Origin: Patescibacteria group bacterium
GTDB taxonomy: Bacteria > Patescibacteriota > Patescibacteriia > UBA9934
Assembly (NCBI GenBank): GCA_038064675.1
Contig: JBBTSM010000010.1
Location: 2,977-66,976, forward strand
Length of the DNA stretch: 64,000 nt
Reading direction: 5' to 3'
Made by a program: the position numbers and the translations under genes. How positions within the stretch are numbered: position 1 is the first letter of the stretch; each line of letters starts with the position of its first letter. The notes under the pieces are model-generated. The model made no database searches and had not been told where the DNA came from. It saw only the letters and a list, made by a program, of their open reading frames with translations. This document shows, one piece after another, positions 40,192 to 49,993 of the stretch.

Positions 40192-40209
40192 CATGAAGGA
40201 ACCGTGAAG
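40192..40209 (-). promoter_or_regulatory. OmpR/PhoB-type direct-repeat box (possible autoregulation)
   Basis: CTTCACG-n4-CTTCATG, 9 bp upstream of TATACT. Confidence 0.6.
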
Positions 40210-40521
40210 CCACAATATCCACAATTCTCTTGCAAAGCAAAGAATCTGTGGTATTCTCAATACATCCCTATGAACGCTCAGTCGTACGCAACCCAGATTC
40301 TCGTGGTCGCAATGCCAATTCATGGCCTTTGCGATTTTACGCGTTTCCTTCCTTGTGCCAACGACAGATCGATTCATTCTGTATAACGCAACGTCCAAAC
40401 GTGCGTGACTGAAGAAAAACGATCTGTCTCCCCGACAGGTCGTTTTTCTTCAGGCGTTCACTCACTCCCCACGGCTTTGCCTGAGGCCAAACACCCCGTT
40501 CCCCGCAGAGGTTCCCGTTCC

Positions 40522-40845
40522 ATGGCACGTTTGAAGCCCCATCAGAAGAAGAATCGCGCCGCTCTCGCTGCGCTCGGCCATACCTCCGTCGCAAGCGCAA
40601 TCGCGGAGATCCGCCGGTCGATGCCCAGCTTCGACAAAAGGCACAACTACCCGAAGGTGAAGGGCATTTGCCCGTCCCTCGTGGATCTCGTGCTCTGGGC
40701 TCGTGGCCAAAAAGCGTTCGCGTTCGATCACGAGACCGGCGGATTCGTCTCCAACAACCAGCGCGATCGCGAAGCTCGCAGCCTCTCGCGTTCTCGCGAG
40801 GATCGATTCCCGAAGTCCGGACAGCCCTGGCACATCTGCGAGTAG
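40522..40845 (+). CDS. hypothetical basic protein
   Basis: 107-aa GC3-rich ORF, GAGG upstream, hairpin at about 40904-40934 downstream. Confidence 0.55.
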   Translation: MARLKPHQKKNRAALAALGHTSVASAIAEIRRSMPSFDKRHNYPKVKGICPSLVDLVLWARGQKAFAFDHETGGFVSNNQRDREARSLSRSREDRFPKSGQPWHICE

Positions 40846-40940
40846 AAACGACATCCCACCATACGCGGTGGAAACAACAGATCGGCCACGCACCGATCAA
40901 CGAAACGGGACGAGCTTCGCAGCTCGTCCCGTTCACAGTT

Positions 40941-42395
40941 TTATGACAACGTGCTCATGTCGAGCGTTTGGGTGAAATGAATCTGCGATACAAATTCTGG
41001 CGCGTGGCTCACCATGATGACGCAGCCTTGATATTCATCGATCGCTTTTGCAATAACTGGAAGATGACGGAAGTTGATGTGGTTTGTTGGCTCGTCAAGA
41101 ATCAACAGCCCCGGGGCCTGCAGCACGAAACGGGCGAAGCAGAGCAAACCTTTCTGACCTTCGGACAGTGAACCCACCGTGTTCTGCAGCACAGCACTTG
41201 TAAGCAAGAATTGCGAGGCAACGGCGCGAAGCGTTTCGTTCGACTTCAGCTCCATCACCGATGCGAGCGAATCGTACGCGGTTTGTTCAAAATCGAGCCC
41301 GGAGAAATCTTGTTTGTAGTATCCAACCTTTACGCCTGGATCGATCGCGAGGCCTTCTGTTTTTCCCGACGCCAATGCGCGAAGCAGCGTACTCTTACCG
41401 ATGCCGTTTGTGCCGGAAACCAAAAGCTTCTGACGGCGACGCAACTTGATGTGCACCTTTGCATCACGAGGTTCGTGATTCTTAATAACTTTCACCGAGG
41501 TCATCGTCACCATTGTTTCAATAAAGTCCTGCGTTGGAATAGCAAAATCCTTGATGGTCCGATCATCACGACGCACCTCTACCATGTTCTCCTCTGCTTC
41601 TTCGGCTTGGTCTTTGAGCTTACTTGCCAACTTACGCATCTTTCCTCCCTTGTTTGCGAAGAAGTTCACCTTATCTTTGCGGTCTTGAATCTCCTTCAAG
41701 AGCTGCGCGTTCTTTGCGCGATCACGTTCAACACGAGCAGCAATCTCTTCAATCACGTCGGAATAGTTTCCAACATAGATATCCGTTTGATGACGGTACA
41801 CATCCAAGTGCAACACACCTTCGGTAAACGCGTTTAAGAAATCCGCATCGTGGGAAATGACGAGTACTGTTTTTGGATACATCATCAAGAAGCCGGTAAG
41901 GTGCTCGATGCCGTCGTGATCAAGGTTGTTCGTCGGCTCGTCGAGCAACAGGATATCTGGGTTCTGAATCAATGCGTACGCAAGAAGCAAACGTGCTTGT
42001 TGGCCACCGGAAAACTCGCCAATGATCTTTTCCAGCGGTGCAACAAGATTCACCGCCTCGAGCACTTCAGCGATACGTCTGTCCAGATCGTACGTGATCT
42101 CTGGAAATGCGTGTGCAAAGAAATCGCGAACGGATTCGGTGAGATGTTCGCGGCTCATCACCTGACGACCGATGGCAATCGTCGATCCCTTCTGAATGTG
42201 GATCTGTCCGCCGTCGGGTTTGATCTCCCCCAGAATCATTTTAAAAATTGTGCTCTTCCCCGCACCATTCTGGCCCATCACGGTAATTTTACTGTTCTCA
42301 CGAATCGAAAAGTTCGCATCGTCAAGAATTGGGTAATCCCCGTCATACGCATACGACACGTTTTCAAACCGGACGATGACATTGCCGTGGTCCAT
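40941..42395 (-). CDS. ABC-F family ATPase
   Basis: GQNGAGKS, FSGGQ, LDEPTNNLD; GTNGIGKS, LSEGQ, LDEPTNH. Confidence 0.94.
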   Translation of the reverse strand: MDHGNVIVRFENVSYAYDGDYPILDDANFSIRENSKITVMGQNGAGKSTIFKMILGEIKPDGGQIHIQKGSTIAIGRQVMSREHLTESVRDFFAHAFPEITYDLDRRIAEVLEAVNLVAPLEKIIGEFSGGQQARLLLAYALIQNPDILLLDEPTNNLDHDGIEHLTGFLMMYPKTVLVISHDADFLNAFTEGVLHLDVYRHQTDIYVGNYSDVIEEIAARVERDRAKNAQLLKEIQDRKDKVNFFANKGGKMRKLASKLKDQAEEAEENMVEVRRDDRTIKDFAIPTQDFIETMVTMTSVKVIKNHEPRDAKVHIKLRRRQKLLVSGTNGIGKSTLLRALASGKTEGLAIDPGVKVGYYKQDFSGLDFEQTAYDSLASVMELKSNETLRAVASQFLLTSAVLQNTVGSLSEGQKGLLCFARFVLQAPGLLILDEPTNHINFRHLPVIAKAIDEYQGCVIMVSHAPEFVSQIHFTQTLDMSTLS

Positions 42396-42403
42396 AGGAA
42401 AAA

Positions 42404-43300
42404 TTATCGAATGGGGACTCCTGATGCCGCGCCAACCATGCAGTCGTCGTTGCACCAAATTCCTTTCTCGTGTTTTGCACAGTTGAAACAGATCAACAAT
42501 TGCTTATGACACTCATGCCATGCGCAATTCCCAAACCGTTCTGTTTTGCTCGAGCACGCCGTACATTCACCAATCACCATATATTTATCTGTAAATTGTT
42601 CAGTCATTCGTCCGTCAAAAACGTACAACGATCCCAAGAAATCCTCCCCGGGAAACTGCCTCATGTACGTGCCAATTCCACCGTTCAGCTGGTAAACGTC
42701 TTCGAATCCCTGCTGCTTCAGGAAACCTGATGCTTTTTCACATCGTACGCCATACGTACACACCGTGAGCACTTTCTTCTTTTTCAGATCCTCGAACTTC
42801 GACGTAATCTTCGGCAAATCTCGAAAATTCGCCATTGTGCTGTTCTTAGAGTTGGCAAAGTGGCCTACAGCGTACTCGTAATTGTTGCGCATGTCGATGA
42901 TTTCGAACTCTTCACCATTTTCAATCCAGCGCTTCAGCTCCTCAGGATCGATGTGCTTTCCCGTCGTCACATTTGGATCGACATCCTGATCCTTTGATAA
43001 TCCTGTCGCGACAATTTCGGATCGGAGCTTTACGACGAGCTTCTTGAATGCCTCCCCTGTTCCTGGACTCGATTTAAACCAGAGACCCACAAATTCCGGT
43101 AACGAGTGCATCCAAGCCTCGTACTCCGCAATCGATTCCGCCGCCCCTTCAAGGGTGCCATTTATTCCTTCAGCTGCAACGAGGATTCGTCCAAAAAGAC
43201 CCAGCTTTTCGCACATCTCCCGTTGGAGAGCGACGAATACTTTTGGGTCTGAAATCCGAACGTATTTATAGAAGATGATGATCTCGGTTGGCGCGGACAT
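42404..43300 (-). CDS. trhO: rhodanese-domain tRNA U34 hydroxylase (UPF0176)
   Basis: FYKY, GRILVAAEGINGT, DMRNNYE, CTYGVRCEK, GSLYVFD. Confidence 0.9.
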   Translation of the reverse strand: MSAPTEIIIFYKYVRISDPKVFVALQREMCEKLGLFGRILVAAEGINGTLEGAAESIAEYEAWMHSLPEFVGLWFKSSPGTGEAFKKLVVKLRSEIVATGLSKDQDVDPNVTTGKHIDPEELKRWIENGEEFEIIDMRNNYEYAVGHFANSKNSTMANFRDLPKITSKFEDLKKKKVLTVCTYGVRCEKASGFLKQQGFEDVYQLNGGIGTYMRQFPGEDFLGSLYVFDGRMTEQFTDKYMVIGECTACSSKTERFGNCAWHECHKQLLICFNCAKHEKGIWCNDDCMVGAASGVPIR

Positions 43301-43434
43301 ATTCGGCAAGAGTGTACGCGAAAAAAGTGAAAGAGACCAGACCCGAACCTGATCTTTGATGGATGTGAAGGGAGCGAATGGCGGTAACAGCGCATCATCG
43401 GCGAACTTGGCATGTGCGTTTTGCGAAATATTGT

Positions 43435-43510
43435 ATGTGCGGTCGACCGCACATTTTATCTGCAAAAATGCCAATACATCGATGAGCGAAATGTTCGGTG
43501 GACCGCACAT
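43435..43510. repeat. 76-bp double-palindrome element, copy 1
   Basis: ATGTGCGGTCGACCGCACAT-36 bp-ATGTTCGGTGGACCGCACAT. Confidence 0.9.
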
Positions 43511-43580
43511 GCATAGAATCGGGAATCGAGGATCTACGCTCGCGTAAAAAGCTAGCTCACCGTGGATTGCCGCATCGGAA

Positions 43581-45338
43581 TTACGATTCCCTCTTCCCAT
43601 GCATCACCATCTCAACCGCGTGTTCCAACGATCCTGCTGGCGTAACGGTTCCGGCATTCACGAAGTAGATTTCATCGGCAGTTTCGATGGTATTCAAACG
43701 GTGCGCGATGATCACACGCGTTGTGGTAGATGGAAGTTGGCGAAGAATGTCCTCAAGCAGTTGTTCGGTAACGGTATCGATGTTTGCAGTCGCTTCGTCC
43801 AAGATAAGAATATCCGGTTTTCGCAACACCGCTCGCATGAACGCAATCAACTGTCGCTGGCCAAGACTCATGGAATTTCCGTTCGATGTTACTGGTGTTT
43901 CCAATCCCTCCGCAAAGCGAGGGAGGAGCGCCGACAATCCGCTCGTCGTAATAATTTCAACGAGTCGCTCCGATGATACTGAAGCAAGCTCATCGTTACC
44001 GTACACGATATTGTCACGAATGGTTCCAGTAAATAGGAACGGCTCCTGCAAAATGAATCCAATGCGCTTGGCACGATCGGCCGCCACGTAATTCTTCATA
44101 TCAACGCCGTGAAGCAGCACCGATCCTTCCGACGGATCGTACAATCGCGCCATCAACGACGCTGTGGTGGTTTTTCCCCCACCAGTTGGACCAACCAACG
44201 CATACGTCTTCCCCGCTTCAAGCGAAAAGTTCACGTCGCGCAACACGGTCTTACCATTCGGATAGTGGAATTTCACGTTTTTGAATTCCAGAACTGGTGC
44301 GGATGTGTTCACCGCAGCGCCGGATCCCTCAATCATTTCCGACTCCATGCTGAGAATATCAGAAATACGGTCCCACGCCGCTAGCGCAAGCTGGAAAGAG
44401 CTCCAGAGGCTCGCAATTTGGCGCAACGGATCATAGAAACGTGTTACATACGTCAAGAAACTGATAAGCACACCAATGGTGAGCAACCCGAGGCCAATGA
44501 GATGCGCGCCGTACGCAATAACGACGAGAATCGCGATGTTGCTCGACAAACCGTAGATTGGGGCGAAGATGGTATTCGCGAGTCCGGCAGTGATCGATGC
44601 TTTGAAGTTTTTCTCATTCACCGTTGTAAACCGTTCGCGGAAGTAGTCCTGGCGGTGGAACGCTACGATAACGCTAAAGTTGTTCAGGCTTTCTTGAATA
44701 CTCGCGCTCATGTCGCCGATCGTTTCCAGGCTCTTTGCGTTCTTGCGTTTCATCCAGCCGGAGAGCAGACGAGTGATGACGAGGAGGAACAATGCCGGGG
44801 CAAGAGCCGCAGAACCAAGACGAGGGTTAATAACGAGTACGGAGATTCCAGCACCAATCACCATAAATACGCTTCCAACGAATTGCATCAATGCCTGAGA
44901 GAAGAACTGGTTGAGCTTGTCCGTATCGTTGTTGATACGAGAGATGAGATCACCAGCCTTGTTCTGGTTAAAGAACGCCACAGGAAGCGTTTGAAGCTTC
45001 GTAAAGATCGCATTACGCAAATTGAACAGCACGCGATTGCTCACAGCACCCATCACACGAGTTTGGGTGTACTGCGCTAATGCGGCAAGACCGAAGATAG
45101 CGAGCAGTAAGGATGAGAACGTGATAACACCATCAAACTGACGCGTGACGATGTACGTATCAACAACATGACCAACAATAATTGGCGCAGCAAGATTCAG
45201 GCCTGAGTTCAGGATGATCGCAATGAACGCGATGACCATTCCCTTCTTTTCACCCCCGATAAACGGCGCAAACTTCTTCGCCACGGCAAGGAGCGCGTTG
45301 GACGACGTTCCTTTGTTTTCGGCAAGACTATAGTTCAT
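43581..45338 (-). CDS. ABC exporter subunit (TMD plus NBD)
   Basis: GPTGGGKT, SLGQRQ, ILDEATANID. Confidence 0.95.
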   Translation of the reverse strand: MNYSLAENKGTSSNALLAVAKKFAPFIGGEKKGMVIAFIAIILNSGLNLAAPIIVGHVVDTYIVTRQFDGVITFSSLLLAIFGLAALAQYTQTRVMGAVSNRVLFNLRNAIFTKLQTLPVAFFNQNKAGDLISRINNDTDKLNQFFSQALMQFVGSVFMVIGAGISVLVINPRLGSAALAPALFLLVITRLLSGWMKRKNAKSLETIGDMSASIQESLNNFSVIVAFHRQDYFRERFTTVNEKNFKASITAGLANTIFAPIYGLSSNIAILVVIAYGAHLIGLGLLTIGVLISFLTYVTRFYDPLRQIASLWSSFQLALAAWDRISDILSMESEMIEGSGAAVNTSAPVLEFKNVKFHYPNGKTVLRDVNFSLEAGKTYALVGPTGGGKTTTASLMARLYDPSEGSVLLHGVDMKNYVAADRAKRIGFILQEPFLFTGTIRDNIVYGNDELASVSSERLVEIITTSGLSALLPRFAEGLETPVTSNGNSMSLGQRQLIAFMRAVLRKPDILILDEATANIDTVTEQLLEDILRQLPSTTTRVIIAHRLNTIETADEIYFVNAGTVTPAGSLEHAVEMVMHGKRES

Positions 45339-47061
45339 ATGCGCTGGTGCTTTGCTGTGATTCAACCATCTGGACGTATTCTGGCGACGTTCGCATCAAT
45401 TCCTCATGCTTACCTTTTGCGAGAACTTCTCCTTCCATCAGAAGCACGATTTGATCGTAATGCTGAATTGGAGCAATCGTTTGCGTCACAGACACAATCG
45501 TTGTTCTTGGATAATTCGCGGCAATATTCGCCACAATCTTCTGCTCTGTTTTTGCATCAACGCGAGCTGTAAAGTCGTCCAGGAACAAAATCTTTGGATT
45601 CAGCGCCAAGGCACGAGCAAGCATGATCCGTTGCTTCTGCCCGCCGGAAAGACTCGTTCCACGCTCGGAAACGATCGAATCCAATCCTTGTGGCAAGGTG
45701 CTGATAAAATCACCAAGCTCCGCAGTCGCAATCGCTTTCGCAATATCTGCCTCCGTCGCAATTCCGGCAAAGGCGATGTTCTCGCGTACCGACACATTGA
45801 ACATGATGCTTTCCTGGAACACCAAACCAATCTGACGATAAAAGGAAACCTTTTCGTATTCCTTCATGGGAATACCGTCGTACGATACTGATCCTTCCTG
45901 TGGATCCACCAATCCGATGAGCGCGTAAAGCAGCTGCGTCTTTCCTGCAGCTGTTGGCCCAAGAATCGCGGTCTTTGTACCGGCCTTAATGGACAACGAC
46001 ACATCTTTGAGCGCGTACTTCTCTCCGAACATCATCGTGACGTTCTTCACATCAATATCTCCACGAATATCAATCACTCGCGTTCCCGTGTCCTTTGTAT
46101 CTGGAGAATTTAATACGTCAGTGATGCGTTCGTACGACGTGGTGGCACGAGCGATAACGTTGCTCATCATGCCGATCATCAGAATTGGGAAAATCATCAA
46201 TCCCACATAACTGTTGAACGCCGCAAAGTCGCCAAGTGAAAGCCCACCGCCAATAACCAAATGGCCACCGAGGAACAGAATGACGAGTGTTGCAAAACTC
46301 GCAACAAAAGTAATGATTGGAATGAGACCAGCAAAGAGATACAGGATGTTCATGCTCACGTCTTTTGCTTTTGCGTTCACCACCGTAAACTTCTGCTCTT
46401 CTGTATGGCGTGCGTTAACGACACGAATACATGCGGCACCAAGAATGCTTTCGTTAATCACCTTGTTCAGCCAGTCGATGACCTCTTGCGACGCCTTGAA
46501 CAGCGGGCGGACACGAGAGAGCGTCATTGCAAACGCGAATCCAATCGCCGGCAATACGCACAGCACAACAATCGCGAGTTCGTATTGAATGGACAGCAAC
46601 AACAGCGCAGACCCAACGATGATGATCATGGACGACACCATGGTTACGATGGCTTGCGACACGAAGAGCTTCACCGCATCGATGTCGGACGTGAGGTTCG
46701 TGAGCAACTGCGACGGGGTCTTTTCCTGGATGTATGCAAAGCTCTGATTTGAGATTTTCGCCGTCAGGGCATTACGCAAATCACGAGCCACACGTTCCGA
46801 CGCATACGTCTGAACAATTCCCTGCAGATACGTCAGCACTAAAATGCCAACCGCAACGGCAACGAACTCGATGGTGATCGTTGATTGATCCAATTGGTGC
46901 GTCAGAAATGCATCGATAGCGCGGGAAACAAGCTTTGGAATAACCAAACTCACCGAGTTCATCGCAACAGCCAAACCGATCAACACAATGACGAATCTTC
47001 GATACGGCGTAAGAACGCTGAAGATGCTCGGAGGAGATTTCTTTGGGATTTCTTGAGTCAT
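45328..47061 (-). CDS. ABC exporter subunit (heterodimer partner, degenerate Walker B)
   Basis: GPTAAGKT, LSGGQKQR, FLDDFT. Confidence 0.95.
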   Translation of the reverse strand: MTQEIPKKSPPSIFSVLTPYRRFVIVLIGLAVAMNSVSLVIPKLVSRAIDAFLTHQLDQSTITIEFVAVAVGILVLTYLQGIVQTYASERVARDLRNALTAKISNQSFAYIQEKTPSQLLTNLTSDIDAVKLFVSQAIVTMVSSMIIIVGSALLLLSIQYELAIVVLCVLPAIGFAFAMTLSRVRPLFKASQEVIDWLNKVINESILGAACIRVVNARHTEEQKFTVVNAKAKDVSMNILYLFAGLIPIITFVASFATLVILFLGGHLVIGGGLSLGDFAAFNSYVGLMIFPILMIGMMSNVIARATTSYERITDVLNSPDTKDTGTRVIDIRGDIDVKNVTMMFGEKYALKDVSLSIKAGTKTAILGPTAAGKTQLLYALIGLVDPQEGSVSYDGIPMKEYEKVSFYRQIGLVFQESIMFNVSVRENIAFAGIATEADIAKAIATAELGDFISTLPQGLDSIVSERGTSLSGGQKQRIMLARALALNPKILFLDDFTARVDAKTEQKIVANIAANYPRTTIVSVTQTIAPIQHYDQIVLLMEGEVLAKGKHEELMRTSPEYVQMVESQQSTSAYEL

Positions 47062-47141
47062 AGGAAGTCGATAATACTAGCACGGTTTACTTGATTGTTC
47101 AAACTTTTTGTGTAATCATAGCGCAGAAATCTCTTCCTCCT

Positions 47142-47939
47142 ATGTTTATTTCCATCATCACTGACTGCCAAGACGGCAACGCGCAGGTTCGTCAGCAAAC
47201 GCGATACAGCGTGCTCTTCCCCGGAGTTCCATCGAGTTTTACTGGTGCGTTCTCCGATATTGAAGCCGCAGGCAACCTCATCGATGTGTTTGATGCGTCC
47301 GACGACCAGGAAGGCATCATTGCCGTGAATGTTGCGCCGCGTCATGGTGCTGCACGAAAATGGCCGAATGGCACACCGTTCGGGTATCTCTGGATTGGGA
47401 AGATTCTCGTCGTTTGTACCATCGACGGCGAGGTGCTCTCCCTTTTGAAAAAATTCGGCCTCGCGGACCACGTAAACGTCACCGACATTCGCACGGTTCT
47501 GGCGTTTGGCGGATATGATCAGGAGATTATCGATCGCGCAGCAACGTCGCAGTTCCGCAGCTTCGATTACCTTCCGCGCCTCGCTCGAATTGCGTGGGAC
47601 AAGAAAGACGTGCCATCGGAGAAGCTCATGTTCACCGACATTCCCGATGCAGCACTTGATGTGTGGCGCATTGATTCCTTTGGCAACTGCAAGACGACGC
47701 TTCTTCCTGAAGACATCGCCTTTGAAGAAGGCGCTGAACGCGAAATTATCTTGAACGGTCTTGCCATTAAAGCAACATGCTACAAGCAGCTTCGCACGGT
47801 TCCGAATTACCAAACCGGACTAACCATGGGAAGCTCTGGTTACGGAAACAAGCGATTCCTCGAACTTGTCGTTCAAGGATCGAGCGCGGCAAAGCATTAC
47901 AACATCACGCAGAAAGACACCTTTCAAATTGCGAAATAA
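47142..47939 (+). CDS. SAM hydrolase / SAM-dependent halogenase family (DUF62-like)
   Basis: IITDC, VNVAPR, SQFRS, IDSFGNCKT, FLELVVQG. Confidence 0.75.
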   Translation: MFISIITDCQDGNAQVRQQTRYSVLFPGVPSSFTGAFSDIEAAGNLIDVFDASDDQEGIIAVNVAPRHGAARKWPNGTPFGYLWIGKILVVCTIDGEVLSLLKKFGLADHVNVTDIRTVLAFGGYDQEIIDRAATSQFRSFDYLPRLARIAWDKKDVPSEKLMFTDIPDAALDVWRIDSFGNCKTTLLPEDIAFEEGAEREIILNGLAIKATCYKQLRTVPNYQTGLTMGSSGYGNKRFLELVVQGSSAAKHYNITQKDTFQIAK

Positions 47940-48019
47940 GCCCCCTCCGACTCCCCCATAAATGGGGGAGAGATTTCACCGAGCGGCTCCCCTCCATTTA
48001 TGGAGGGGTTGGGGGAGGC
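47940..48019. repeat. paired GC-rich palindromes (REP-like)
   Basis: CTCCCCCATAAATGGGGGAG and CCCCTCCATTTATGGAGGGG. Confidence 0.7.
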
Positions 48020-48053
48020 CAAAAACGCCTCGTCATTCCGACGAGGCGTTTTG
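48020..48053. terminator. bidirectional terminator
   Basis: CAAAAACGCCTCGTC-attcc-GACGAGGCGTTTTTG. Confidence 0.85.
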
Positions 48054-48057
48054 TTTT

Positions 48058-48990
48058 CTACTTCACTAATGGGTAAAGATCAGGATCGATGGTCCGGTCA
48101 AAACACACTCGACCAACTCCGTGTTTCCAACTCCCATAATAATCTGTTCCGTACGCTCGGTATGGCATCGAGACATCCGTCTGATCCCCAACAGAATCTG
48201 CCTCAAATGTTGCGCAGAGAGTGAAGTTCAGACCGTCTCCTGTTGAATATTCGTATGCGGCTCCAGTGCTTGGATCCACTGGAACAGAATATCCGCTCAG
48301 CGTATTCGTCAGATCGTTCAACGTTACCGGCAATACGCCTTTCTTTAACTGATAGAAGTTTGTTACTTCATTCTGAATTGTCGCTAAGTCAGACACGCGC
48401 TGATCATCGAATCGCACCTTTCGCTGTTGTGCCGGTGAGCCGACAAGGAGGAACCCGAGCACGATCATTGCCACGACAACAACCGATGCAGCGACTGCAG
48501 TTTTCTTTGGAACCGTCGACTTCGCGATCGATTCTGTACGGAGATCCCAAAGGTAATACGCAAACACCGCGACGGCTGTTGCGAGTACAACGAGAACCTT
48601 CAAGATGAATCGTGTCGTAATCTCGCCGTTCAAGAAGTAATTCACCAAGGTGATGAGGTCGACGACGATGGTGATTGCTGTCACGAAAAGGGTGAGATAG
48701 AGCAACCATTTGCGAATCGCAATTTCACGCTTCTCAGAATCTGCCTTCGCATCCTTGTACATGAACCAAGAAATTCCCACAAACGCTGGCCACATCACGA
48801 TGAGACTTGCCATGCCGGCACGAATTGCATCAAGCGCTCCGGTATAATAAAAACTCAATGCGTCGGGAAACGTCACGTCGATGTACTGAAACCCGAGAAT
48901 AATGAACGACACGACGGAAACATACAGCGTCACAATGGCGAACAAATGCGAGAACACATCTTTCGCCGTTGAGCGTGGGAGTGATTTCAT
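48058..48990 (-). CDS. DUF5671-domain membrane protein
   Basis: AKDVFSHL, IRKWLLYLTLF, GEITTRFILK, RFDDQRVSDL, PVDP. Confidence 0.85.
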   Translation of the reverse strand: MKSLPRSTAKDVFSHLFAIVTLYVSVVSFIILGFQYIDVTFPDALSFYYTGALDAIRAGMASLIVMWPAFVGISWFMYKDAKADSEKREIAIRKWLLYLTLFVTAITIVVDLITLVNYFLNGEITTRFILKVLVVLATAVAVFAYYLWDLRTESIAKSTVPKKTAVAASVVVVAMIVLGFLLVGSPAQQRKVRFDDQRVSDLATIQNEVTNFYQLKKGVLPVTLNDLTNTLSGYSVPVDPSTGAAYEYSTGDGLNFTLCATFEADSVGDQTDVSMPYRAYGTDYYGSWKHGVGRVCFDRTIDPDLYPLVK

Positions 48991-49083
48991 ACACATAGAA
49001 TTACGTTTCTGCTTTGAGCATACCACTTTCGCTTTTCCCCATATCTCGCTGGGAAACGGTATACGAGTGGTATACTAAAATAT

Positions 49084-49284
49084 ATGATGGAAAATGAAAA
49101 TCATTTTATTATTCCGGAATCGTCGGCGCGTAAATATACCCCCGAGGAACTGGACATTATTCAACGAGCGAACATGGCCGCCAAGACTACGCCGGCACCG
49201 GAATCGCCGGATGCACTAAGACGAAGACGCCTTGGAGAAGGTGTCGTTGAAGAATGGACCGGGCCACATACAAAGCGGATATAG
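49084..49284 (+). CDS. small hypothetical protein
   Basis: 66-aa ORF just after TGGTATACT, followed by a terminator. Confidence 0.55.
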   Translation: MMENENHFIIPESSARKYTPEELDIIQRANMAAKTTPAPESPDALRRRRLGEGVVEEWTGPHTKRI

Positions 49285-49291
49285 CAAAAAT

Positions 49292-49323
49292 ACAAAAGCC
49301 GCCTCTCGCGAGGCGGCTTTTGT
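49292..49323. terminator. bidirectional terminator
   Basis: ACAAAAGCCGCCTC-tcgc-GAGGCGGCTTTTGT. Confidence 0.85.
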
Positions 49324-49328
49324 GCATT

Positions 49329-49733
49329 TTAGATTTCGTCTGCGTCCAAAAGTTCGAGGATCTGATCAAGTTTGCGTTCAATAGCGGCAAGACGTACGGA
49401 ATCGCTGCTTCCAGATGCGCGATCGTCACGCGGCGCGTAGGCTGGGCGCTCGGAACGATCCGAGTACGATGGCTTGCGGTCGAACGATGGGCGACGGTCG
49501 TCGCGATCGCTGAATGATGGGCCGTCGGTACGGAAACAATCGCGGCATTTTACTGCGCGTCCTTCGCTTGGGAAGAACGGCACTTGGCATGGCTTACGGC
49601 ACTCGCTACACACGGCATCGTGCAATTCACGAGGTGCTGGACGGCCCGCTCCAGCACGGTTCCAGGTGCCACGATTGCTGGGCTTTCGGTCCGTTGTGCC
49701 GCCAGAACGCTGACTTTGATATTTGTTGTACAT
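49329..49733 (-). CDS. CxxC-x17-CxxC domain protein
   Basis: AVCSECRKPCQVPFFPSEGRAVKCRDCF; C-terminal KLDQIL. Confidence 0.9.
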   Translation of the reverse strand: MYNKYQSQRSGGTTDRKPSNRGTWNRAGAGRPAPRELHDAVCSECRKPCQVPFFPSEGRAVKCRDCFRTDGPSFSDRDDRRPSFDRKPSYSDRSERPAYAPRDDRASGSSDSVRLAAIERKLDQILELLDADEI

Positions 49734-49768
49734 AGGATTTTGCGAATGTTAGCAGAAAAAGTTGTATA

Positions 49769-49981
49769 ACGCAAGCTGGTGGCGAGGGTGCATCCGTTTG
49801 CACTCACTCCTCAACGGGTCCTGTCGCCTCGGACCCCGTTACGGTGCTCAGCTCGCGCGTGAATGTTTTGCGTAAGCATCGAATACGTACAGCGCTCGTT
49901 GCGCTCCGTACGGGGACCTCCCTCGGCGCCACCCGTTGAATCGCTCGATTAACCATGCATCCTCGCCGCTGGCGCTTGCGT
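49769..49981 (+). repeat. 213-bp long hairpin element sharing termini with the repeats at 8.2 and 15.9 kb
   Basis: ACGCAAGCTGGTGGCGAGGGTGCAT...ATGCATCCTCGCCGCTGGCGCTTGCGT. Confidence 0.8.
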
Positions 49982-49993
49982 GTAGGGGAAGGC

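Noticed and set aside
33648-42395. Two ABC-F genes as antibiotic resistance determinants
   Set aside because: Nothing visible distinguishes them from housekeeping ABC-F paralogues; subfamily HMMs would be needed.
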